Made by a program: the position numbers and the translations under genes. Shown one piece after another: positions 28,844 through 39,659 of a DNA stretch of 64,000 nucleotides (positions are counted from its first letter, which is position 1; every line of letters begins with the position of its first letter). The DNA is from a virus. The stretch is taken from IMG/VR virus record IMGVR_UViG_3300030104_002421, positions 64,001 through 128,000 of that record. One strand, written 5' to 3'. The notes under the pieces are model-generated. The model did not search any database, was not told the DNA's origin, and saw nothing but the letters and a program-made list of their open reading frames with translations.

Positions 28844-29365
28844 ATGAAACTGACAAAGTTATTTCCACGAATTATAGGCGAGACTACCAACAAAGACTTT
28901 GATTTACTAGAGGATATCTACAAAATACGAGATAATCCCTCTGGTACTCCAAAGAGTTGGGTATCAAATAAAACTTACAGTACATTTGGAAGAGACTTAT
29001 GGGACTACCCAGCATTTCATCCTTATATGAAGTGGCAAGATAGTCAAGTCTTACAATATACATATGATTTAGATTACGAGTTTGAAAAGTTTAAATGTCA
29101 AACTTGGTTTAACATATATAAAAAGAATGACTTTCAGGAATTGCACAATCACGGCAACGAAGATATAAGTACAATCTTTATGGTCAAAGGACCTACAGAA
29201 AGTGCATATACATATTTTAAAGACTTTGCTTTACAAGACCAATATCGCTTTGACTTTGAAGAAGGTAAACTGTTGATATTTCCATCACATATGTTGCATG
29301 GAGTATCTCAACACCAATTAGATGATGAAAGGATTACTATTGCTAGTAATTATAAATTAACTTGA
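28844..29365 (+). CDS. Putative 2OG-Fe(II) oxygenase
   Basis: WFN, HNH, IFPSHMLHGV, RITIASN. Confidence 0.82.
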   Translation: MKLTKLFPRIIGETTNKDFDLLEDIYKIRDNPSGTPKSWVSNKTYSTFGRDLWDYPAFHPYMKWQDSQVLQYTYDLDYEFEKFKCQTWFNIYKKNDFQELHNHGNEDISTIFMVKGPTESAYTYFKDFALQDQYRFDFEEGKLLIFPSHMLHGVSQHQLDDERITIASNYKLT

Positions 29366-30345
29366 TAGACTTACAATATTTACACCAGATTTCCCACAAA
29401 CTAGATAGATTTAAAAAGAAAAATCAAAACTTATATAACTTTAGATGTCCCTATTGTGGCGATAGTCAAAAGAAACAATCTAAAGCAAGAGGTTTTGTTT
29501 ATCGTAGTAAACAAGATTATTTCTACAAATGCCATAATTGTGGTAAAGGTACTACATTAGGTAAACTTATAGAACATATTGACCCAGATTTATATAAGAA
29601 GTGGGTAGTAGAGAAGTTTAAAAAAGGTTCTAAACAACACAAAGAACCTGATTTTGATTTTAAACCAGTAAAGTTTCCTGATAGTAACTTAAATAAACTT
29701 ACTAACTTTTCAAAGTTATCATCTGACCATCCGGCACTAGACTTTATCACTAAAAGAAAACTACAAGATTATATTGATAAATTTTATTTTGCACCTAAAT
29801 TTATGACATGGGTAAACAGTATGATACCTAACAAGTTTCCAGAAGTAAAGAATGACCATCCTAGAGTAGTAATACCATTCTTTGATACAAGTGGTAAGAT
29901 GTTTGCTTTTCAAGGTCGAGCATTTGGTAAAGAAGAACCAAAATATATAACAATTAAACTAGATGAGAACAAAAGAAGAATATACGGACTTGATACTATA
30001 AACATAAACAAAGATATTAAAGTTGTAGAAGGTCCTATTGATAGTCTATTTTTGTATAATGCCGTAGCATGTGCTGGTGCAGATATGGTTTTACCTAGAA
30101 CAAAAAATAATGCTGTGTATATCTTTGACAATGAACCAAGAAATACCGTAATTATTCAAAAATTAGAAAATTTAATTACTCAAGGTTACCGTGTATGTAT
30201 TTGGCCTAAAAGCATAAAAGAAAAGGATATCAATGATTTAATACTTGCAGGTTACTCAAAAGTAGAGATAGAGGATATTATAAGTAGTAACACATTTTCA
30301 AAATTATCAGCAATACAACAATTAAACAATTATAAGGAGGTATAA
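29362..30345 (+). CDS. gp61: DNA primase gp61
   Basis: Zn ribbon CPYCGDS..CHNC; TOPRIM VEGPIDS, DNEPRN, KDIND. Confidence 0.95.
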   Translation: MIDLQYLHQISHKLDRFKKKNQNLYNFRCPYCGDSQKKQSKARGFVYRSKQDYFYKCHNCGKGTTLGKLIEHIDPDLYKKWVVEKFKKGSKQHKEPDFDFKPVKFPDSNLNKLTNFSKLSSDHPALDFITKRKLQDYIDKFYFAPKFMTWVNSMIPNKFPEVKNDHPRVVIPFFDTSGKMFAFQGRAFGKEEPKYITIKLDENKRRIYGLDTININKDIKVVEGPIDSLFLYNAVACAGADMVLPRTKNNAVYIFDNEPRNTVIIQKLENLITQGYRVCIWPKSIKEKDINDLILAGYSKVEIEDIISSNTFSKLSAIQQLNNYKEV

Positions 30346-30346
30346 A

Positions 30347-32668
30347 TTGTCCCCAGACGCTATACAAGTTAAGAAACGAAACGGTAGGGGGTTAGAACCT
30401 CTGGATATACAAAAGATACATTCCATGGTAGGATTTGCATGTGAAGGTTTGTCTAATGTATCTGAAAGTCAAGTAGAAATGTCAAGTGGATTACAATTCT
30501 ATGATGGCATGACTACAGATGAGATACAACAGATATTAATAAAATCAGCGAATGACTTAATCACTTTAGAAAATCCTAACTATCAATATGTAGCGGCAAG
30601 ATTGTTACTCTTTAGTCTTCGAAAATCTCTCCATCACAAATTATGGGACCACCCAACAGTAAAAGAACATGTACAGAAATGTATTGAGTTAGGTGTCTAT
30701 GACAAAGAAATTGTAAACTGGTATGATGAGGATGAATTAGACCAAATGAACGGTTTTATAAAGCATGATAGAGATTATTTATTTTCTTATGCAGGTATTC
30801 GTCAAGTTATAGATAAGTACCTAGTACAAGACCGTTCAAATGGGTCTATATTTGAAACACCGCAATTCATGTATATGATGATAGCGGCAACATTATTCAG
30901 AAATTATGATAAAGAAAGGAGAATGAGTTATGTTAAAAAATATTATAATGCGATTTCAAATCATCTTATCAATATTCCCACACCTGTTATGGCTGGTGTT
31001 CGTACTCCTCTTCGCCAGTTTGCTAGTTGTGTTTTGGTCGATAGTGATGACACTTTGCCTAGCATTTTCTCTAGCGACATGGCTATTGGGCGTTATGTTT
31101 CCCAAAGGGCAGGAATTGGTATCAACGCTGGGAGAATCCGTGGAATCAACAGTAAGATTAGGGGTGGAGAAGTCCAGCATACTGGCGTTGTCCCTTTTCT
31201 CAAAAAATTTGAAGCAACCGTTAAATGCTGTACACAAAACGGTGTACGAGGCGGGTCAGCGACTGTACACTTTCCTATCTGGCACCAAGAGATAGAAGAT
31301 ATTATTGTTTTAAAGAACAATAAAGGTACGGAAGATAATAGAGTTAGAAAACTAGACTACTCTATACAAATATCAAAAATATTTTACGAAAGATTTATAC
31401 AAGGTGAAGATATAACTTTATTCTCACCACATGAAGCACCAGGTCTATATGACGCTTTTGGTACGGAAGAGTTTGATGAAATGTATATGATGTATGAAAG
31501 AAAAACTAGTGTAAAGAAAAAGAAGGTATCTGCTCAAAAATTATTTGGTGATATCTTAAAAGAAAGAGCAGAAACAGGTCGTATTTACATAATGAATATT
31601 GACCATTGTAATACTCATTCTAGTTTTAAAGACATGGTAAGAATGTCAAATTTATGTCAGGAAATAACACTACCTACAGACCCATTACAACACATTGATG
31701 GCGAAGGAGAGATTGCATTATGTATTCTATCTGCTATAAATATGGGTTCAATTTCAGATAAGGAAGAGTTAGAAGGACTATGTGATTTATCTGTACGAGG
31801 ACTAGAGGAGTTGATTGACCTCCAACAATATCCAGTTAAGGCAGCAGAGATATCAACAAAAGCAAGGCGTAGTTTAGGCGTTGGTTATATTGGTCTGGCA
31901 CACTTCTTAGCAAAGAACAAAGTTAAGTATGAAAGTAAAGAGGCATGGAGATTAATTGATGAATATACTGAAGCATTCCAATATTATTTACTTAAATCAA
32001 GTAACGAAATAGCAAAAGAGAAAGGTGCTTGTGAATACTTTGATAAGACTAAATATTCAGATGGTATACTACCTATTGACACTTATAAGAAAGATGTTGA
32101 TACACTAGTTAAAAGAAAGTTGAGTTATGATTGGACTGCTCTTGGAAAGAGTATCAAAGAAACCGGACTACGACATTCCACATTGTCAGCACAAATGCCT
32201 AGTGAAAGTTCGTCTGTGGTGTCAAATGAAACGAATGGTATTGAACCGCCCAGAGACTACTTGTCTATTAAGAAAAGTAAAAAAGGACCACTTAAACAAA
32301 TAGTACCTGGTTACCCTAATCTAAAAAATTATTACACTTTACTATGGGATATGCCTGGTAACGAAGGTTATATTAATATAGTTGCAGTTATGCAAAAGTA
32401 TTTTGACCAAGCGATATCTGGTAACTGGTCATATAATCCTGAACAGTATGAGGGTAATGAAGTCCCTATTTCAGTTATGGCAAAAGATTTGTTGACTACA
32501 TATAAACTAGGTTGGAAAACATCTTATTATCAAAATACATATGATAGTAAAAGTGATAATGATGAACCTGCTCATAGTATAGGAGGTCCTGAACAAGAAT
32601 TAAAAACTAGACAAGAATTTAATTCAAAGGAAGAATATGAGGAATATTGTGAGAGCTGTGCTATATGA
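30347..32668 (+). CDS. nrdA: Ribonucleotide reductase class Ia alpha subunit
   Basis: ATP cone, SCVL, SNLCQEI, C-terminal CESC. Confidence 0.97.
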   Translation: MSPDAIQVKKRNGRGLEPLDIQKIHSMVGFACEGLSNVSESQVEMSSGLQFYDGMTTDEIQQILIKSANDLITLENPNYQYVAARLLLFSLRKSLHHKLWDHPTVKEHVQKCIELGVYDKEIVNWYDEDELDQMNGFIKHDRDYLFSYAGIRQVIDKYLVQDRSNGSIFETPQFMYMMIAATLFRNYDKERRMSYVKKYYNAISNHLINIPTPVMAGVRTPLRQFASCVLVDSDDTLPSIFSSDMAIGRYVSQRAGIGINAGRIRGINSKIRGGEVQHTGVVPFLKKFEATVKCCTQNGVRGGSATVHFPIWHQEIEDIIVLKNNKGTEDNRVRKLDYSIQISKIFYERFIQGEDITLFSPHEAPGLYDAFGTEEFDEMYMMYERKTSVKKKKVSAQKLFGDILKERAETGRIYIMNIDHCNTHSSFKDMVRMSNLCQEITLPTDPLQHIDGEGEIALCILSAINMGSISDKEELEGLCDLSVRGLEELIDLQQYPVKAAEISTKARRSLGVGYIGLAHFLAKNKVKYESKEAWRLIDEYTEAFQYYLLKSSNEIAKEKGACEYFDKTKYSDGILPIDTYKKDVDTLVKRKLSYDWTALGKSIKETGLRHSTLSAQMPSESSSVVSNETNGIEPPRDYLSIKKSKKGPLKQIVPGYPNLKNYYTLLWDMPGNEGYINIVAVMQKYFDQAISGNWSYNPEQYEGNEVPISVMAKDLLTTYKLGWKTSYYQNTYDSKSDNDEPAHSIGGPEQELKTRQEFNSKEEYEEYCESCAI

Positions 32669-33159
32669 TAAAAGTTTTTGATAACAAAGTACCTTATCAT
32701 GTACAATCTGATGTATATAATTTTATTATCAATTCAACATTTGAGTTAAAAGGTTGGCAAGATAGAAACGATATTGAAAAGTTTGATTTACATAGTAAGT
32801 GGAGTATTGACGATATAAGAAACTCTAAACTTTATCCTTACATAGATAACATACAATCATTTGATAACTTTGATTATTGTATGGTCAATCTAACAAAACC
32901 TGGTGACCATTACTATACACATACACATGGCGAAGGTTCAAATATTGTATTATACTATGCTAATTTAGAATGGCAAGATGGTTGGGCAGGCGAAACATTA
33001 TTTTATGATGACCAAAGAAACTGTAAAATGGCATATGATTATGTACCAGGAAGATTATTAATGTTTGATGGTACAGAACCACATAGTATTCGTCCACAAT
33101 CATTTAGTGGACCTCAATATAGATTTACAGTATCAGTATTTTTTAAGGACAAAGCATGA
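32665..33159 (+). CDS. 2OG-Fe(II) oxygenase
   Basis: HTH, YYAN.EW..GWAGET, PGRL..FDG..PH, R. Confidence 0.8.
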   Translation: MIKVFDNKVPYHVQSDVYNFIINSTFELKGWQDRNDIEKFDLHSKWSIDDIRNSKLYPYIDNIQSFDNFDYCMVNLTKPGDHYYTHTHGEGSNIVLYYANLEWQDGWAGETLFYDDQRNCKMAYDYVPGRLLMFDGTEPHSIRPQSFSGPQYRFTVSVFFKDKA

Positions 33160-33683
33160 TTACAGTTATTGAAAATAAATTTGAAAAAAGAGAAATGGAA
33201 CATCTTATTAATATCTATGAAAAGAATATTAATTTAAGACAAATAGACAAATACGGTACGGAAGTTATAAGTTGGTTTGATTTACCAGAAGAAATAGACG
33301 ATAATACTTTATTTGTATCCAGAATATTAACACAATATGCTCAGATAATTAATAACTATACTTACTTTACAGGTAAAAATGATTTGAAAGTAAGGTATAT
33401 ACATTTAGAAAAACACTACAATGGTAATGTTAAAGAATGGGATAATGAAAAAGCATGGAACAGATTAAACATACACATTCCATTAAACAAAGTATCTGGT
33501 GGTGCCTATAAATTTGTAGGTAGTACGGTTTATCCTAAACCAGGTTATGTTATAATGTTTGATGGACTAGAAAATTGGTGGTCAATTGATAGCGTGAACG
33601 AAGGAGAAAAACTATATAAACTAGTAATACAATATGAAAATGTTGACCCTAGTTTAGACTATGACGGTAAGGAGAATGAATGA
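33156..33683 (+). CDS. Degenerate 2OG-Fe(II) oxygenase-fold protein
   Basis: IPLN..GG...PKPG.V.MFDG scaffold, but the metal-binding His residues appear replaced. Confidence 0.45.
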   Translation: MITVIENKFEKREMEHLINIYEKNINLRQIDKYGTEVISWFDLPEEIDDNTLFVSRILTQYAQIINNYTYFTGKNDLKVRYIHLEKHYNGNVKEWDNEKAWNRLNIHIPLNKVSGGAYKFVGSTVYPKPGYVIMFDGLENWWSIDSVNEGEKLYKLVIQYENVDPSLDYDGKENE

Positions 33684-34786
33684 GTAAGAGTGTCTATAAT
33701 AAAAATGCAAAAGTAGATTTCACTAAACAACCTATGTTTTTTGGTGAAGACAATGGAGTACAACGGTATGATACATTTAAGTATCCTGTTTTTGATAAAC
33801 TAACAGACCATCAATTAGGTTTGTTTTGGCGACCACAAGAAGTATCTTTACAAAAAGATAGAAATGATTGGGCAGAATTACGACCAGAACAAAAACATAT
33901 ATTTACAAGTAATTTAAGATATCAAACATTATTAGATAGTGTACAAGGGCGTGGTCCATGTTTAGCATTTTTACCTTTCTGTTCTTTACCAGAAATAGAA
34001 GGATGTATATTGGTATGGGACTTTATGGAATCTATACATTCCAGGTCTTATACATACATAATAAAAAATGTTTACAGTAATCCTGGTGAAGTTTTTGATG
34101 AGATATTAAAAGATAAGTATATCACAGAAAGAGCAGAAGCAGTTACAAAAACTTATGATGAATTAATTAATGACGGTCAAAGATGGGTACTTAATAGAGA
34201 AGGTGACCTAAAAGAAGTAAAAAGAAAACTTTGGCGTGCTTTAATTAATGTGAATATATTAGAAGGCATAAGATTTTATGTTTCATTTGCATGTACATTT
34301 TCTTTTGGTGAATTAAAACTCATGGAAGGAAGTGCAAAGATTATATCACTAATTGCAAGAGACGAAAGTCAACATCTTGCAGTAAGTCAACATATAATTA
34401 AAAACTATATGAAGAATGAAGGTGATAAGCAAATGTTACAAGTCATTAAAGAAGAAGAACAACATGTCATTCAAATGTATAAAGACGCTGTAGACCAAGA
34501 GAAAAGGTGGGCAGAATATCTATTTAAAGATGGTAGTATGATAGGTTTAAATACAAAATTATTATCTAACTATGTTGAATGGATTGCCAATAAACGAATG
34601 AGAGCAATAGGACTAAAACCATTATACGACCAACCTGCTAATCAAAATCCATTACCATGGACAGAGCATTGGTTAAATAGTAGAGGTCTTCAAAATGCTC
34701 CACAAGAAACGGAGATAGAAAGTTATGTTGTTGGTGGTATTAAACAAGATGTCGAAAAGGACAGTTTCAAAGGATTTGCATTATGA
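33680..34786 (+). CDS. nrdB: Ribonucleotide reductase class Ia beta subunit
   Basis: FWRPQE, LLDSVQ, ESIHSRSY, LEGIRFY, RDESQH, APQETE. Confidence 0.97.
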   Translation: MSKSVYNKNAKVDFTKQPMFFGEDNGVQRYDTFKYPVFDKLTDHQLGLFWRPQEVSLQKDRNDWAELRPEQKHIFTSNLRYQTLLDSVQGRGPCLAFLPFCSLPEIEGCILVWDFMESIHSRSYTYIIKNVYSNPGEVFDEILKDKYITERAEAVTKTYDELINDGQRWVLNREGDLKEVKRKLWRALINVNILEGIRFYVSFACTFSFGELKLMEGSAKIISLIARDESQHLAVSQHIIKNYMKNEGDKQMLQVIKEEEQHVIQMYKDAVDQEKRWAEYLFKDGSMIGLNTKLLSNYVEWIANKRMRAIGLKPLYDQPANQNPLPWTEHWLNSRGLQNAPQETEIESYVVGGIKQDVEKDSFKGFAL

Positions 34787-34929
34787 TAATTTGTGAGGAG
34801 TGTGAGGCAGAATTTAAGATAAAGGTACTAAATGAATTACCAGTAAAATTTTGTCCATGCTGTGGCGAAGCATTGCATAATGATGGTGAATGGGAAATAG
34901 ATGATGAAGACACAATCAGCGAAAGCTAA
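34783..34929 (+). CDS. 48-aa zinc-ribbon protein (not in ORF track)
   Basis: MIICEECEAEF...FCPCCG with acidic tail; ATGA coupling to nrdB. Confidence 0.65.
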   Translation: MIICEECEAEFKIKVLNELPVKFCPCCGEALHNDGEWEIDDEDTISES

Positions 34930-35233
34930 AGGTAGACGATTACAACAATGGTTTAGAGACTTACTTATAGAAACTTTAGGTATTCATCCTGAAGATATTG
35001 AAAGTAGGTCTATGGGTGCAGGCGGCGAAGACTTAATAATGGCAAGAGCGGCAAGAGAAAAGATACCTGTAAGTATTGAATGTAAGAACCAAGAGAAGAT
35101 TAATATTTGGGAATCATATAAACAAGCAGAGCAAAATTCTGGTAAGTATGAACCTATAGTTGTATTCTCAAAAAATAATCACCCTAAATTAGTTTGTGTA
35201 AGTGCAGAATATTTTGTGAAGTTACATAAATGA
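34901..35233 (+). CDS. PD-(D/E)xK endonuclease (Holliday junction resolvase-like)
   Basis: SAKAKGRRLQ, GED, IECKN. Confidence 0.75.
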   Translation: MMKTQSAKAKGRRLQQWFRDLLIETLGIHPEDIESRSMGAGGEDLIMARAAREKIPVSIECKNQEKINIWESYKQAEQNSGKYEPIVVFSKNNHPKLVCVSAEYFVKLHK

Positions 35234-35880
35234 TACTAACAGGTGTAGATAGCAACCACGAGGATATACTTGACTGGTGGATAAAAAATGCAAAGAAATT
35301 CGTAAAGAACGAAACAATAGGTGTTTGGGATTTTGGTATTACACCTATGACAAGAAGTATTATCGAAAATAATCATCCTGATATTTGGTTATCAAAACCA
35401 TTAGAAAAACATAAAACATCAGGTTGGTTCTACAAATTACACGCTGTTATAGAAGCACCTGAAAAAAGAGTTGCATGGTTAGATGTAGATTGCGAAATAT
35501 TAACTGATATATCAGATGTATTTGATTTAGTAAAACCTGATACAATAGGTCTTACTAGAGATTGGGTAAGAGACGATTGGTGGGCAACAGGTGTGATTGT
35601 AGTAAATGATAGACCATCTTTGTTAGAAACATGGAATAATAGATTAAACAAAGGTGATGGTATAAGAGGTGACCAAGAGGCATTGAAAGATTTAGTAGGA
35701 AGACACACCCACCCACAGATAACAGAATTACCACAAGAATATCAATGGTTGAGAATATCGCTAAATAAAGGCAGAAATAGTCCAGATAAAAAAGTTATAC
35801 ATTGGACAGGACCTAAAGGCAAAAAATTTATAAGAGAACATTTACAACATGGAAGAAAGTACACAGGACAACAAGTATGA
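35230..35880 (+). CDS. GT-A glycosyltransferase-like protein
   Basis: WLDVD DxD motif, TGV, GDQEAL, VIHWTG..K. Confidence 0.75.
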   Translation: MILTGVDSNHEDILDWWIKNAKKFVKNETIGVWDFGITPMTRSIIENNHPDIWLSKPLEKHKTSGWFYKLHAVIEAPEKRVAWLDVDCEILTDISDVFDLVKPDTIGLTRDWVRDDWWATGVIVVNDRPSLLETWNNRLNKGDGIRGDQEALKDLVGRHTHPQITELPQEYQWLRISLNKGRNSPDKKVIHWTGPKGKKFIREHLQHGRKYTGQQV

Positions 35881-36965
35881 TAAAAGATAATACGATATCT
35901 ATTTTGACACCAACAAGAAACAGACCAAACAATTGTGAAAGATTTATAAAATCAATTTACAACACAGCAAAAAATCCAGGCAATATTGAATTACATTTTT
36001 ATGTTGATAATGATGACCCAAGTTTAGAGGCATATAAGTCTTTAGCAAAACATTGTTATGAAGAATATAATAAATTTTATAAATGTGAGTTTGAGTTTGG
36101 TGAGCCAATGTCAGTTTCACAATCATGGAATATTATTGCAACCAAGTCAACAAGTTATCTTTTGATTATGGGTAATGATGATTTAATTTATAGAACACCT
36201 GAATGGGATACAAGACTTATACAAAACTTAGCAATAAAATATAAACAAGACCCATTATGGGTATCATGGTTTAATGATGGCATAAATGCTGATAGACATT
36301 GTGCCTTTCCTATTATTAGTAGAGAATGGTATGATACAGTAGGATATTTTGCACCAGGTTGTTTTAACTTTGGTTACAATGATACATGGGTTTTTGATAT
36401 TGCAAAAAGATTAGATAGAACACATTATATACCTGATATATTAGTTGAACATATGCATTTCTCAAAAGGTAAAAGTGATATGGACGATACATATGCTCGT
36501 AATAGAACACAATCAAAAGGCAATCTATATGCAATTGATAAAGGTATATTCTTCCGTGCTGACATGGTAAAAAGACGAGAAGAAGAAGCCGCAAATGTAC
36601 AAAAATTAATTGATAAACTTGAAGGTCCTAATTTAATTGCAAAAGAGATAGAAGAAATAAATGAATATGAATTAGAATGGGTATATAAATTAAATAAAGA
36701 ATGGTCAGGTGCAAGTCATAAGTTAAAAGAAGACCCATTACCAGAACAAACAAAACAATTTAAGGAGTTATGTGAAAGTATTAAAATGCATGGCATGAAA
36801 TATCCTATATTGATTGATAGTCAAAATAGAGTATTACGAGGCAATCAACGAGTATGGTATGCTATTGATAATGGTTTAAAATGTATAAGTTGTTATAGAA
36901 TTAGAGATAGTGAGATTGATAAGTGGATACAAAAGACATACATAAATAGAGAAGAATATCCATGA
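35877..36965 (+). CDS. GT2 glycosyltransferase fused to a ParB/Srx-like domain
   Basis: SILTPTRNR, VDNDD, GNDD, VEHMH; C-terminal SIK..GMKYPILI..GNQR. Confidence 0.75.
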   Translation: MIKDNTISILTPTRNRPNNCERFIKSIYNTAKNPGNIELHFYVDNDDPSLEAYKSLAKHCYEEYNKFYKCEFEFGEPMSVSQSWNIIATKSTSYLLIMGNDDLIYRTPEWDTRLIQNLAIKYKQDPLWVSWFNDGINADRHCAFPIISREWYDTVGYFAPGCFNFGYNDTWVFDIAKRLDRTHYIPDILVEHMHFSKGKSDMDDTYARNRTQSKGNLYAIDKGIFFRADMVKRREEEAANVQKLIDKLEGPNLIAKEIEEINEYELEWVYKLNKEWSGASHKLKEDPLPEQTKQFKELCESIKMHGMKYPILIDSQNRVLRGNQRVWYAIDNGLKCISCYRIRDSEIDKWIQKTYINREEYP

Positions 36966-37672
36966 AATATGCTATCTATAGAATACACTACGGACTAGAC
37001 CACCTAGGTAAATCATTAGATAGTATTGTTAATCATGTTGACAAAATATTCGTCTTTTGGTCTAAACAACCTTGGTATAAAGAATGTAAAAATCTACCAC
37101 CTATGAATGAGAATGTTGGAGAATTTTGTAAGAAGTATAGTAAAGTTACAGTATTTGAAAGAGAGTATGACCAACCAGACAATCAATTTAAAAAAATGTA
37201 TGATGAGATATGTGCATATTATCCTAGACCTCATCAAGTCTTAATGATGGAACCTGATATGGTTTGGGGTGATGAGATAAAAGAAATTTGGAATATAAAA
37301 GAAAAAGAAATGTCTTTTTATCAAATAGAGTTTTGGAAAACAGACGAATGGTATATCAAAAGAAATAGACAAGGTCCTACCTTGTGGAATGGAGCGCCTG
37401 ATAGAACACAAAAAGGGTGTTGGAATACAAGAGATTTAGCACACTCAACAATCAGGTGTTATAACTATGGTTTCTGTTTATCAAAAGAAGTCATGTTATA
37501 CAAACATGAAGTGGCAATACAATCATCTAAATATTATAGAGATAGTCAACCAAGTGTTGAATGGTATGAAAAGAAATGGCTAAATTGGACACCAGAGACG
37601 GAAGATTTAGAAATATCAGAAAACTATAAACATTATATAAAGAGAGCAGAACCATGGCATTACCCAAAATAA
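36962..37672 (+). CDS. Glycosyltransferase-like hypothetical protein
   Basis: SI..HVDKI.V N-terminus and EPD (DxD-like) motif; cluster context. Confidence 0.45.
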   Translation: MKYAIYRIHYGLDHLGKSLDSIVNHVDKIFVFWSKQPWYKECKNLPPMNENVGEFCKKYSKVTVFEREYDQPDNQFKKMYDEICAYYPRPHQVLMMEPDMVWGDEIKEIWNIKEKEMSFYQIEFWKTDEWYIKRNRQGPTLWNGAPDRTQKGCWNTRDLAHSTIRCYNYGFCLSKEVMLYKHEVAIQSSKYYRDSQPSVEWYEKKWLNWTPETEDLEISENYKHYIKRAEPWHYPK

Positions 37673-39015
37673 GAGATTACGAACCAGTTAGAGTTTTTTA
37701 TGGTAAAGGTTATGAAATAGGTCTTTACAAAAATGATAAAGAATATATCATGTACAGACATGCTGCTCGTGGTAAAGTAAAAAACTTTGTAAAGAATTAT
37801 GAATACATTGATAATAATGATGTATCACACCTACGACCAATAACACCAGAAATTGGCGAACAGATATTACAAAGAGTAGAAAAAGGTATGAAGTATAGTA
37901 ATATCTATATCTTCTATGATGAGACACCTAGAGAAACAGAATTAGAACACGAACCAAGCGAAGAAGAACACAAATTTACCTCTACAGGTATTAAGTGGTG
38001 GCGTCACCAAGAAGCAATGATGAATTACAAAAATGGTGACCCTAACACAGTTATTTCTACACACATAAGTCCAGAAGGTGCATGTAATCTTAAATGCCCT
38101 TATTGTAGTGTAACCTATAGAGATACACATAGTCGTATAGACATGGACACAATTAAAGACTATGTAACAAAATTGAAAACGAGAGGATTGAAAGCAGTAA
38201 TATTAACCGGTGGTGGTGAACCTACTGCTTACAAACATTTTAATGATTTAGTAAGATGGTTATATGGAGAAGGATTACAAGTTGCATTGATTAGTAATGG
38301 TAGTAAAGCATATTGGAGAAAAATTGATGAAGATGTTTGTAAAATGTTCACATGGGTTAGAATATCTATTAATGTGTTTTTTGATTGGGAAAACAGAATA
38401 GGACTACCACTAGAAAAATTTGATATGTCTAAAACTATGATAGGTAATTCTATGGTCTATACAGTTGAACATGAAGCGTCAGACGAAGTAATGGCAGATA
38501 GAGTTGGTCTATTAAATAAAGTATCAAAAGTAGCAGACGCTTGTGGCAGTAAATATATTAGACTATTACCTAATTGTTTATTACAACAAGAAAATTTAAT
38601 TAGACAACATAGAAGTTTAGATAATGTATTGAAACAAGTAAAAGATAAAAGATTTTTTCATCAATACAAAATACATGGCGCTCCTTCACAAAGCACATGC
38701 CATCAAAGTTATTTTAGACCGTATCTTTCTGAGGAGATACATAAAGAAACAGGTAAACCTGGTACAGTTTATCCTTGTGATAGTGTAGTTTTAAATGATA
38801 ACTATGAACATTTCCATGAAAGATATCAATTATGTCATGCCTCAGATGTACTAGACTATATGGATAAAAAAGTAAAACATAAATTTGACGCTCACAAAGA
38901 TTGTGCAGGTTGTGTCTTTACAAACAATGTTAATCAATTAGATGATTTTATTAATGGCAAATTGGATAGATTTGCAGAATTTGGAGAACCACTTGAACAT
39001 GAAAACTTTATTTAA
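37654..39015 (+). CDS. Radical SAM enzyme with SPASM/twitch-like C-terminus
   Basis: CNLKCPYC, TGGGEP, VYPC, CAGC. Confidence 0.9.
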   Translation: MALPKIRDYEPVRVFYGKGYEIGLYKNDKEYIMYRHAARGKVKNFVKNYEYIDNNDVSHLRPITPEIGEQILQRVEKGMKYSNIYIFYDETPRETELEHEPSEEEHKFTSTGIKWWRHQEAMMNYKNGDPNTVISTHISPEGACNLKCPYCSVTYRDTHSRIDMDTIKDYVTKLKTRGLKAVILTGGGEPTAYKHFNDLVRWLYGEGLQVALISNGSKAYWRKIDEDVCKMFTWVRISINVFFDWENRIGLPLEKFDMSKTMIGNSMVYTVEHEASDEVMADRVGLLNKVSKVADACGSKYIRLLPNCLLQQENLIRQHRSLDNVLKQVKDKRFFHQYKIHGAPSQSTCHQSYFRPYLSEEIHKETGKPGTVYPCDSVVLNDNYEHFHERYQLCHASDVLDYMDKKVKHKFDAHKDCAGCVFTNNVNQLDDFINGKLDRFAEFGEPLEHENFI

Positions 39016-39658
39016 CGAGAACGAATACTTTAACGAAGACTACTACGAAAGAGGCGCAGAAACAGGTAAGTCTTTATACTCACATTATAGATGGATGCCA
39101 GAATTGACCATACCTATGGCACATCATATTGTATTATATACAAAACTATTACCCAAAGAAAAAATATTAGACTTTGGTTGTGCTAAAGGTTTTACTGTAA
39201 AAGCATTAAGACTATTAGGTTACAAGGCATTTGGTGTTGATGTATCTGAATATGCAGTAAATCAAATAGAAGAAAAGACAAGAAAATGGTGTGGTGTTAT
39301 AGAACCACAAGACGCTTTAGTTTGTGCTGAAGGTGGGTATGACTGGATACTATGTAAAGATATATTAGAACATATACCTTATGATAAGATTGATAAACAA
39401 TTAAAGGTTTTATATAATGGTGGTAAAAAATTAATGGCAATGATACCACTAGGTGATGGTGAGAAGTATGTTATTGATAGTTATGAATTAGATAAATCAC
39501 ATTTTATAAGAGAGAATATAGAATGGTGGGGTAAAAAGTTTGAAGACGCCGGTTGGCGAATAGATATGGCAACACATGATATGGGACCATTTAAGAAAAA
39601 CTGGCAATTTGCACCAGAAGGCAATGCCTTAATTATAGCAAGCAGACTTGGAGATTAA
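38999..39658 (+). CDS. Class I SAM-dependent methyltransferase
   Basis: ILDFGCAKG, GVDVS, DILEHIP. Confidence 0.88.
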   Translation: MKTLFNENEYFNEDYYERGAETGKSLYSHYRWMPELTIPMAHHIVLYTKLLPKEKILDFGCAKGFTVKALRLLGYKAFGVDVSEYAVNQIEEKTRKWCGVIEPQDALVCAEGGYDWILCKDILEHIPYDKIDKQLKVLYNGGKKLMAMIPLGDGEKYVIDSYELDKSHFIRENIEWWGKKFEDAGWRIDMATHDMGPFKKNWQFAPEGNALIIASRLGD

Positions 39659-39659
39659 T

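Noticed and set aside
30930-31295. 121-aa alternative-frame ORF inside nrdA (likewise 21362, 42126, 42905, 47235, 54796)
   Set aside because: Fully nested out of frame in conserved genes, with no recognisable motifs.
5127-34786. Introns or inteins in gp43, gp41, nrdA and nrdB
   Set aside because: All are contiguous and of ordinary length; the genes between nrdA and nrdB are oxygenase-fold, not homing endonucleases.
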